A stretch of DNA of 64,000 bases from Lingula anatina. Taxonomy: Eukaryota; Animalia; Brachiopoda. Below the pieces are notes generated by a model that was not told where the DNA came from, did no database searches, and worked only from the letters and a program-made list of their open reading frames with translations. Positions 37,301-49,300 of the stretch are shown here, piece after piece. Location of the stretch: positions 7,746,587-7,810,586 of the forward strand of contig CM120648.1 of NCBI GenBank assembly GCA_051362555.1. Reading direction: 5' to 3'. The stretch's first letter is position 1; the number at the start of each line of letters is the position of its first letter. The position numbers and the translations under genes were made by a program.

Positions 37301-40300
37301 TATACTAATGATCATATGAACGTGTGTAAATTTACTCTTCAGCTCATTGCATTTGACAATTGTAAAACTTTTTGTAATTATCTTTCGGACACGATGATTA
37401 ACAGCATTATCACCACCAATTTAAATTATCTACTATACGCAACATGCAAGTTTATACCATATAATTACCATACGGTTTTATGCCCGTGGGGCTTTTTAGC
37501 TTTACATTGAAAATGTCAATATTTGGATATTTGACATTCCACAAAGTTACATTACTCCCAGAAAAACAATCCAATCAAGTTAGTTTTTAAATAAAAGCCG
37601 TATTTCGGTCTTTTACAAATATCTTTTATGAAAGTTTGAAAATTATAAGATACATGGTTTTAGTTTTCCGGTCATTATTACGGCAGTGCCCCAAGTAGGA
37701 CTTTCTTCTGTTTTGGTGCAATTTTACATTTTACATTTGCATCAATTCAAAAAAAAATATGTGAGTGCGTCAATATTAATGTAGCCCGAAAGAGCACACC
37801 TGTCTACTAAAATTAAGAATACATGACCTGATTTTGAATTGGGAATTGCCACAATCCACTACAAAGTGGGTTCTTGTGTTTACACATCGTATCGTAGTTG
37901 TATGAATATCTATGAGCACGGGTGCCACAGGAACACACTTGTCTAATAATATAAAATCTACAACAAAAATCAAACATCTTTGGAATACCATACTACTGTT
38001 ACACAAGACATTGGTTTTGTATTATACATAACGAATGCAAGAAAATTTCTATTACGCACAGTCTTGTACGTGGGTTTACTTTAAACAAAAACCCTTATAC
38101 ATATACATATATCATCCTAAAACAGATGCACCCATCACAAACACATCCTGTTTTATTTATAGAGGCAGCGCTTAGTCACCAATTTCACGTAGACTTAAGT
38201 ATATTATTAAGGAGAAAAAAAAAAAACAAAAAAAAAACAGCAACTCGAGATCGTAAGCAAATCCGCCAGAAGCACATGTACTTACAAATGCTCATTATAC
38301 TTTATGTAACAACTATGCAAATCGCCAATATATTTACCTCTGAACACTACTGGAATATAATGGCACCGTTGAGCTGAAATATGGACGCATGTTGCATCAG
38401 TCTGTAAGGATTCTGTGGTTATACATTAATGGAGGACAGAAGAGCTCAGCTGTATACTTAATTACTGGCTTAATATTTGCAATTAAACTCTCATATGCAC
38501 TTCGTTTGTCATTAGAGGCGTACTAATAACATCAGTATAAAAGAATGAGAATTTAAAGTTGCCCTATTATGCATAATGATAGTGCTAACAATATTCATGA
38601 TTGCAAATTACAATGAAATAATAAATATCAACATTAACTTTTGAAAATATTAATCATGTAGACACTTTAGGGTTTAGAATACAAAACTTCTTTAACTTAA
38701 TGCAAACATAGATTTATAAAAATTGATTTCGCAATTTAAGATTTATGCAATTAATGCCCATTTACTAGGTTTACCGTTATATGCGCACTAACGTATAATA
38801 ATAATGTAATTGAAACTGAGAAAATATCATTTCATCCCCAACACAAGCCCACTTTGTACATAACAAAAAATGCATTGATAGAGACAGGATTAAATACCAA
38901 TTCGGCCAAAATACATACTGAGTGAAGAACAAAAAAGCACCACGTGTTAATAAGCAATTCTAACAGTAGTGCATAAATTCAAAACCACTTTTTATACTAA
39001 CGATCATATGAACGCGTGTAAATTTACTTTTCAGCTCATTGCATTTGACAATTATTAAACTTTTTGTAATTATCTTTCGGACACGATGATTAACAGCATT
39101 ATCACCACCAATTTAAATTACTACTAAACGCAACATGGAAGTTTATACCATATAACTACCAAACAGTTTTATGTCCAGGGTTTTTTAAGCTTTACATTGA
39201 AAATGTCAATATTTGGAAATTTGACATTCCACAAAATTACATTACTCCCAGAAAAACAATCCAATCAAATTAGTTTTTCAATAAAAGCCGTATTTCAGTC
39301 TTTAACAATAACTTTTATGTTAGTTTGAAAATTATAAGATACATGGTTTTAGTTTTACGGTCATTATTACGGCAGTGCCCCAAGCAGGACTTTCTTCTGT
39401 TTTGGTGCAATTTTACATTTTACATTTGCATCAATTCAAAACAAATATGTGAGTGCGTGAATATTAATGTAGCCCGAAAGAGCACACCTGTCCACTAAAA
39501 GTAGGAATACATGACCTGAGTTTGAATTGGGAATTTCCACAATCTACTACAAAGTGGATTCTAGTGTTAACACATCGTATTGCTAACTTACATAAACATA
39601 CAGTAGAAAAAAGTTCTAAACATTAATAACTCGATAGAGAAGCTCTTAGAAGAGACAGACAGCCATGATACCAAAAATATTTTGACCCCCTTCCTTTTTA
39701 TGTCCATTTGCATAATGATAATTGATAAGTTCAAATACAATGCACAATTCTATAAAGCGGTGGTTGACAGTTAATATTTTTAGCTTTTTATATAATTCAA
39801 CAGTAATTTTCTAAGAGTTCTCTTTCTTTTTGAGCAGTATAATTAACCATCCACACTTACTTTTGCTCTCCATCTTCGACTTGTGCAATTTTCGTACCTG
39901 AAACGTAACAACGTTTAACATATTAAAGTCCACAGAAAGAAAGTGAACCGAGAATATATCTGCACCCTAGTAGATAAATTGGTTATATTCTGCAAAGTAT
40001 ACATTAAACTTTTACATTTAACTAACATGAAGCAGCGACGTACTTTACCTTAACAGTTACGACCCAGTTTTACCATCCTTCACCAGTTGAATTTTACCAA
40101 AAGTTTAGTTTTCTATATACACGTGCGGTATTTTCAGCAGCAGGCATTTACTTTTGAAATTTTGAAATCATTGGAACTGTTTCCAAACACGTCACATCCA
40201 ATGTTTCATCTATGAAACATTACTCTTTACGTCACTTTTGGTTTGAACGCTAGAAGCATTATTTTTCACATTTTTTCAATAAACATAGCCTGAAATTATT

Positions 40301-43300
40301 TAACTTTAACGTAATATACAGACTTGATATTTAATATGTAATATTTCAGTTTCTAAAATATCCGTTAAAGGGATAATAACTGTTCGTTTTGGCCAAAAAA
40401 TGAATTTTCCTGGAGTAAATAACAGATTTCCCATACTTACCAATGGTTAATGAATCCATTTCTACATTCAAAGTTAATCCCTGTTTTTTTTTTCTTCTAA
40501 ATTTTTTTGGTTATAATATTTTAAGAGATTACTACAGCCGTCTATGGAGGTCACATGGTCCGATGATCAGCTCAGATATCAGAATAATAGCTATAACTGC
40601 CGTGTTTGTGGTAAAACAGAATATACATTATATTTCTATGGGTTATTTTCAATGTTTTATTGTGAAATATAGATCACATACGAACAGTTATTATCCCTTT
40701 AACTAAAAATGCGTTCTTATTAACAAAAACTCCGATCTCATTTAAGATATGTGAATGAAGAAGTGTGAAGTCGGGTGTGTCGCTACCAGTTAACTGACTA
40801 CAATGTCTGTTGCGCTGCTGCGTTGTGTCATATTCAGTGAATTAATTGGGTAGTGCTCCTTTAGGCTGGTCAAAACCTTGCTCTGGCAAAGCATGGATAA
40901 AAAAGTATCCATGTGTCGGCAACTACTGCATAGAGGGATTTGAAATTTTGCTTCCAAGCGGTCGGCTTTGCAGTACGTAAAATGAGCCAAGCAGTGCTTT
41001 ACGAAACTCTTAATCTGTGGCAGAATGGCGAGAAAAAGACAGACACTGTCAGACAGATTATTGCGCCAAACGATACGGCCTGCACAGTTTTATAGAGTAA
41101 TGCCCCTACTGATATACCTACACAGAGGCCTCATCTAATGTATCGAAATCTTACCAACAAGGTTCAGGACCCACTGTCTTTCGGGATAAGCTGCTGCAAC
41201 TAAACAAAAACCACCCATTCGTTTCAAAATGAGCGGTAAATTGCCACCAAAACGCGTTTTAAGGCCCTTATTGAACGCCAAACTGGTTTAGCAGGTTAGA
41301 ATACCAGACGACCTACAAGGAATCCATTGTAAACAGCAAAACATCGTCGTCTGTTTAACTAATGAATTTTGGACCATGGTCGTTTCTGGGCAGAACACTG
41401 AAACTGCGTGTTTTTCTATTGAGGTCAGATTTCACCTGTACCGCTCAACTTGTCAAATCAGAGTTTACAGACATCCAGACGAGGCCTGCGACGAAGCGTG
41501 TGTCCCGCCTTAAGTAACTATAGGGTCATTGACAGCGTCAGTATGTGGAGTGGATACCACATTGGTGCCAAAACATCAGTGGTATAGTAGTCATGGACGA
41601 AAATCGGAACCAGATCAAATAAAGGAATAATCTGGGATTAACTTGACCAGCATTTGATTAAGGGTACCTTAGGAACAATCTAAGGTTGGACAGTGAGATT
41701 GCCGATTCACAAACGGCAATATTAATAGCAGATAACTTACAGAACCAAGGGAATGAGCAACTACCTTTGTCATCAAAATCACCATATTTGAACCACATAG
41801 ATAATATAAAGAAGGCTAATCAACTACTAGCCTAATCAACGGCCTCCATATCTTATAACAAAACTGCGCCAAATTGAACAGGTTTTTACCGATTCCTGCA
41901 ATGTTCAGTCCACGGTGAAAAGTAGGTCAAAGGTCAATTTCAAGGTCACAGTCAAATTTCCAGTATATGACTTCTTATTCAACTTCCATTGTAACTTTGG
42001 TTAAAATTCATGAAATTGGAGGTGCTCAGAAATTCCAGATGTTTGATTTTCATGAAATAATGTCATTTTTGACCAGAAGTTGTCAGTCTCGTTACCTCGT
42101 TATCTTTTCCAGGCGTTCGAGATTTCATCATATTACCGTATTGCACATTTTATTTTCACCACCACAATGTTTTTTTTATACAGTATAACTCGTAAACCGT
42201 ATGTAAAACAAAAAACGGACACTTTCAGTGTTGAGCTTGAAACCCTCTATCAAATGCAAAAAATGCAAAAATCAATCTCTTGCAATCACGGTTCCAGAAT
42301 TATAGCGAGTTTTCAGTTTCGGCATCTAATGACCGCTGCTCCCGTGAAAAGGCACCGATTGACCCCAAACTCACGGAGATGAAAGATGACCCTAATGATA
42401 ACAAATGCCAATAATATTATGGGTTAGCTCTGTGTAGTTTCTGAAAATCGGCAAAAATGTTTTTTTTTTTTTTTTTTTTTTTTTTTGCAAAAAATACCCT
42501 TTTTTTTTAGAAAATGTTGGCCCGTTTCACCTTCAAAAGGTCAAAGGTCAAACCCAAGGGCATTTGTGAAAATTCCACAGATCTTTTTGTTTAGGAGAAG
42601 CCGTAATGATGGCGTGGGAACGAAGCCGGCGGACCCAATGGAGAAGGAGCCGGTGTAGCGTGCCGTAGAGTCCGGCCCTTTCAGAGTCCGGCTACCTGGG
42701 AAAGGAATACCATAGGAAAACACACACAGAGAAGAAAGGGTGTCAATATGCTTCCTTAGGATCTTGACTGCAACACCAGGAACTGTCTACGTTGTACCGG
42801 GATTCTGGCAAGGACGCCAGCTAACAACTGTGCAATGATATTGTTCTCAGATGAAAGCAGGTTAAACGTTGTGAGGAGTGATGGACACGTAGGTATATAG
42901 AGAATAGGCCCCGTATGTACAAAACATCTTAAGTGTTAAGAATTTCCGTAAGAATTTCCTTAAGTGATCATCCTTAACATAAGTAGTATGCACAAAGCAT
43001 CTTAAGATGAGAATTTCCCCAAATATCTCCTTAACTTTAAGGTACCTCATTGGGTCTCTTAGGTGGAAATTTTGTCCTTAGATTCAGTGACTGTATAACA
43101 CAGTGGCATTCATTTGTGGTAGTCAAAGCTGTGCAGCAACATTATTTCTCTATGGCTTTTATTATTGCTGTTTATCGTGAAGAAGGGCAGTCGCAAGACC
43201 AAGAATATTTCGAGACCGCAAAAATACCTTTGGATTTTTACCCAGATCATGAGATTTACCAGCGCTTTTGTTTTGATACAAAGGGGATACTTTTCATTAC

Positions 43301-46300
43301 GGATCTTCTGGAAGTTACATTTGTAATTAGTTATTTTGTTAAGGGATATCTAAAGTGAAAAATTCTGAGTGGGCACTTTTTATGACATGTTGCTTATGAA
43401 ATCCCCGAAAACCACCTAATAACACGGAATCTCACGCATCAATGCTTATACAATTAACATAGGTATTTAATATGTGCATACATGGGGTCAAAAGTGAAAT
43501 TAATAATCAAAATTAATATTAATATTATGAATTACATGCCACAATTTTTCTTCACAGATAACACTAAAAATATGTAAGTCGATGACATGTAAATGGCCAT
43601 AGTCATGAAATAAGTATATGCTGGGCTTATTTCTTTTTTAGAGCCCATGAAAAAAATGTTACTTTATCATCCCCGGCCGCATTACTTTTTCTGCTCACAT
43701 AAAAAAAAAATTATAATGTAAATTTCCCCCCATCAAATGTGCACCTCATGCACAAAAACAGACTCTCCCTGTACTAAGAGTGCCTCGCACTGCAATTTAT
43801 GTTACTACTAGCTTTGCTCATGGCAGGTTCCATGTTTTAGTGTATGTAATGACGGTCCGGAGGGCATCGTTCAATGTGTTTTTGTATGAGCCAAAAATGC
43901 CCTACTGAATCACTTCTTGTAGGTGACATTGACCCCATTTCCAGATATTAGATCGATCTACTTTAGATCGACCTAACTCCCTGGGGGTTCACGCTAAATA
44001 GCTGTCAGCCGAGCGGACACGAAAGTAAATAACCCCCTTACAACTTGTAATAGGCGGGACGGACATTTAAGCCGGATTAACTGACAGTAATCTACTAAGA
44101 CTCCCCGCGGGGATAGATCAATCTAAAAGCTCTGGGAATACAGCCAATGATGGTAAACTATTATTTTTATGGGGCCTTTATACAGAATTATCACCGATAG
44201 GGGAGATGGGTGCACATGTATCAGCCAACAGAGATAAAACCTTTTGATTAAAATGTAATTATGTCACTGGATTATTAATATTAGTTTTGGGCCTGGGGAT
44301 TGGATGACACGCCTCTTTTTCTGTCAGAGTATGAAGAATACTAGGCCTACACAAGAAGTTACAACTTCTTGGCCTACACGATTCATATCTCAACTCTTCT
44401 AATAATAACTGATATGCCTATCATATCCAAGTAAAGGATTTCTTTAAACATGGATTCCCCAGGAATTCCCCAGTGTGAGCTATTGTAACAGGTAATTTTA
44501 TTGGTCAATGCACAGGCTTAACATAGCTCAACACATAAGAGAAATCCTACAGAGTTGAGGAAATTCCTATTATTTGAGAAAATTATTGGCTTAGGAAATT
44601 CTAAAGGCACTTTGTGCACACCACTTAAGGGGTTTCCTCAGCTAAGAATTTTCTTATCAAGATAAGGATATTTTGTGCATACGGGGCCAGATGCTTTAAA
44701 GTCACTTCCCAATGTTTTGTCTTTGTTCAAGTGGATGCACCCCCACCTAGCCCATCCCATAAGTCACCATATGGGGTGTAGTGGCTACTATAGTGTAGGC
44801 GAGCTGTAAGTGATAAAGAAACCTCAAAGAAGGACAATAAATCCAAACGCTGGAGCGGAACTTGCAGAATTTTGTATAGAATGTCTTTGGGGACCATGAC
44901 CACTCATTTATGTCTCAGCATGATAATGCTTGTCCACGTTCAGCTAATGCAACAGTGTGGTGGTTATATGCTAGCCAGTTCCAGATCCCTAAATGGCAAG
45001 CTCAATATCTAGATCAGAACCTCATTCAGGATGTGTAGAATTTCACAGAAATTGGGTAACTTAGGATATATCATGCAAACAAAAATTACCCCACACTACC
45101 TTGTGCCGTATAAAGAACGCCAACACTCCGCAAACGTTACAGAACTTTGACTCTATACACAGGCTTCTCATGTTCATTCTCTAATCCAGAGAGTACTGTG
45201 CTAAATACTTAAAAGTGTCTTTGACTTTTTACTATGTTTACATTGTTCAATGCTTGTACAATCAATTAAATTTTATAAAAAAACTGAACAAAAAACATTG
45301 GCTTAGAGCACGATTCTCTTTACTGTATTTAACATATTGCATTATATCTGAGACTTTTTTAGTTAGGGGAGTATACAGTGAAACAGACATTAACAACTTA
45401 AATTTCGGTACCAAAGAAACAGAATGGGAGAGCTACCAGTTTCACAACGACAACAGTGAAGTTTCTTGCCATTTCGGTTCTCCCTCAAATGTGATCAGAA
45501 TGTTTCGGAAGCTGTCGGAATGCCATGAGAATATTCAGAATGCAGTCATAGTGCCATTCGATAATTTTCCACTTTGAATGCACTTCGAAAGTTTTTAACA
45601 TGAGCAAAACATTCGGGCCGGCCACAAGAATGGGTAGAAATATTTGGAATGCACTCGGAATGTTTAGAATGCTCATCGAATATCCAGGAACGCACAAAGA
45701 ACTGTCTTTCCGACGGCATTCTTGCTCCTTCCGCCTCTAGTGTGAGGGAGGTATAACAAATGAACTGCATGTATTTGTTAAGTAAAAAAACAAAGAGGCT
45801 AACTGTCATTCATCAAACTTACATTAAAAAGGCAGGCATTCAAATGCTTTTTAAGTTGGCTTGGGCAACTGTAAGGGCATGGAACTTCACTGGAAAATGT
45901 TTGTATTAACATATTTAAAATTATTAGAAAATAACTAGTATGACTCTAGAGAATATGTTGTCTATTCCTTGCAGGATTTTTCGTAGCCGTCTTTTTAATA
46001 GATATGGTAAATACAAACCTTGTGCGTTTTCTTGCCACCGGTCATTGCCTAAAAGAAAGAGTAAATTCGTGAGCATTTTATTGAACATTTATTGAAGGGA
46101 AAACAAACCATCCAACAGTGTGCATAACGTGGAGCAGCACTCTTTGTAATTATGTTTAATAATTGAAAACTTGCTGGGACACTTTCCAATTCAGTGTATG
46201 TGCACATGGTTAATGCTTCTATCTTAGATATAGAAATGTTGAAAATGAAGACAGTCTCCCAGCCGAACAGTAAACCACGTTTTTTATAAAACAGATAAGG

Positions 46301-49300
46301 GTGATTCCACAAAAAAATCAAATTAATGCATATATTTTGAAATACAAACATAAATAGGACATGCTGACATTTTTTCAGCTAAGCGAAAATGTGAACTTTG
46401 ATATAGCAACTTGTATAATCAACACGAAGTATACACATATTTAAAGTTCATAAATAAGTCATAAGTGAAGACAAATGACACTTATTCAGTTGAACGTACT
46501 GCACCCACCTTCTGTTTGGGGGTTTGTTTTCGGTAAATACCGTTGAACGGAAACTAAAGAGATGGTAGCATTTAGTAGTTTAAAGTGCTTAACTTTTATT
46601 AGCCTTGTCTTGAACACAATTTAATGTTTTTTAGACATTAAACACATGTCGGGTGATCTAGTTTCATTGGTATCATGTACAGGTAAAAGCTCATTTAGTT
46701 TACAGCGTGAGTAAACTCACCTTGTGCTGCTGTTAGTGCGTTGTCTGTATAAAAATAGAAATGTAAAAATACAAAGATTCTCGAAAACTTTTACTTTATA
46801 CTTTATATATACAAAGTTTACAATTAAACCGATATATACAAGGAAGTTACAAAACCCGTACGAGTTAAACACGCTATAGAATAAAATATCATATAATTGA
46901 ATAGATTTGATGAGAGAATGTTTTTCTTCAGCTAAATAAGTACTGAATCCGATGTGTTATTGACTTGTGTGTTATTGTCTCTATGCCGTATATATAGTGA
47001 CTCCCTATACAAAAAGAAAAGGTGTAAACTACGGTATATTAGCAAATGTATATACTACATTGTATAATTCCATTGGATAAAACAGCAAATATGTTCGACT
47101 TCAGTATAGCTCTGTTCTGCAGTTGGGTAGCACTCACCTTTTTCTCTTAATGCATTCTCGTGACTCTCTGTATAAAATAGAAATGTAAAAATATGAAGTA
47201 CCTCAAAACTATACATACATAACAGTATTTATGTATTACTTTATACACACAAAATTCACAATAAAACTGGCATATACAAGGAACTGCAAAAGCAACACAT
47301 ATATACAGTGATATATACAAATATCAAAAATATACAAAAGAAGCATAATATTCGCAAGAGTTAAAGGTGTTAAAAAGAAAATAGTATACATGTATATTAA
47401 TGGATCTGATGTGAGAATGCGTTTCTGAGCTCATATGTACATACTGCATTACACGGAAAAAACAGTAAATATCAGTACGTCTCTGTTGTGCAATTTGGAG
47501 ACACTCACCTTGTTCTGCTGTAGGTGCGTTGTCTGTATAAAAATAGAAATGTAAAAATACAAAGATCCCCAAAAAATTTTACTTTATACTTTATACATAC
47601 AAAGTTTACAATTAAACAGATATATACAAGGATGTATGCAGTGATACTCAAAAAATACAAGTTACAAAACCCGTACAAGTTAAACACACTGTAGAATAAA
47701 ATAGCATACATTTGAATAGATTCGATGAGAGAATGTTTTTCTTCAGCTAAATAACTACTGATTCCGACGTGTTATTGACTTGTGTTTCATTGTCTATATA
47801 CATAGTGACTCTCTATACAAAAAGAAAAGGTGTAAACTACGGTATATTAACAAATGTATATACTACATTGTATAATGCCATTGGATAAAACAGCAAATAC
47901 GTTTGACTTCAGTATAGCTCTGCTCTACAGTTGGGTAGCACTCACCTTTTTCTCTTATTGCATTCTCGTGACTCTCTGTATAAAATAGAAATGTAAAAAT
48001 ATGAAGTACCTCAAAACTATACATTCATAACAGTATTTATGTATTACTTTATACACACAAAATTCACAATAAAACTGGCATATACAAGGAACTGCAAAAG
48101 CAACACATATATACAGTGATATATACAAATATCAAAAATATACAAAAGAAGCATAATATTCGCAAGAGTTAAAGGTGTTAAAAAGAAAATAGTATACATG
48201 TATATTAATGGATCTGATGTGAGAATGCGTTTCTGAGCTCATATGTACATACTGCATTACACGGAAAAAACAGTAAATATCAGTACGTCTCTGTTGTGCA
48301 ATTTGGAGACACTCACCTTGTTCTGCTGTAGGTGCGTTGTCTGTATAAAAATAGAAATGTAAAAATACAAAGATCCCCAAAAAATTTTACTTTATACTTT
48401 ATACATACAAAGTTTACAATTAAACAGATATATACAAGGATGTATGCAGTGATACTCAAAAAATACAAGTTACAAAACCCGTACAAGTTAAACACACTGT
48501 AGAATAAAATAGCATACATTTGAATAGATACGATGAGAGAATGTGTTTCTTCAGCTAAATAATTACTGATTCCGATGTGTTATTGACTTGTGTTTTATTG
48601 TCTCTCTATATAGTGACTCCCTATACAAAAAGAAAAGGTGTAAACTACGGTATATTAACAAATGTATATACTACATTGTATAATGCCATTGGATAAAACA
48701 GCAAATACGTTTGACTTCAGTATAGCTCTGCTCTACAGTTGGGTAGCACTCACCTTTTTCTCTTATTGCATTCTCGTGACTCTCTGTATAAAATAGAAAT
48801 GTAAAAATATGAAGTACCTCAAAACTATACATTCATAACAGTATTTATGTATTACTTTATACACACAAAATTCACAATAAAACTGGCATATACAAGGAAC
48901 TGCAAAAGCAACACATATATACAGTGATATATACAAATATCAAAAATATACAAAAGAAGCATAATATTCGCAAGAGTTAAAGGTGTTAAAAAGAAAATAG
49001 TATACATGTATATTAATGGATCTGATGTGAGAATGCGTTTCTGAGCTCATATGTACATACTGCATTACACGGAAAAAACAGTAAATATCAGTACGTCTCT
49101 GTTGTGCAATTTGGAGACACTCACCTTGTTCTGCTGTAGGTGCGTTGTCTGTATAAAAATAGAAATGTAAAAATACAAAGATCCCCAAAAAATTTTACTT
49201 TATACTTTATACATACAAAGTTTACAATTAAACAGATATATACAAGGATGTATGCAGTGATACTAAAAAAATACAAGTTACAAAACCCGTACAAGTTAAA

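Noticed and set aside
39861-39873. Separate gene starting MESK in exon 39897-39861 and reading the 33-nt exons as AKLHQAPPEQQ
   Set aside because: Possible (aagATGG context, and several differences among young copies are synonymous in that frame). However, older exon relatives conserve the phase-2 frame and the TNFR frame continues seamlessly, so it is kept only as an alternative.
45480-45760. ORF 45546-45809 as a terminal TNFR exon
   Set aside because: The sequence is built of GAATG/CATTC-rich motifs typical of a small interspersed repeat, with no protein signature.
25331-46048. Death domain in the receptor tail
   Set aside because: No exon encoding a helical death-domain-like sequence was found on the minus strand.
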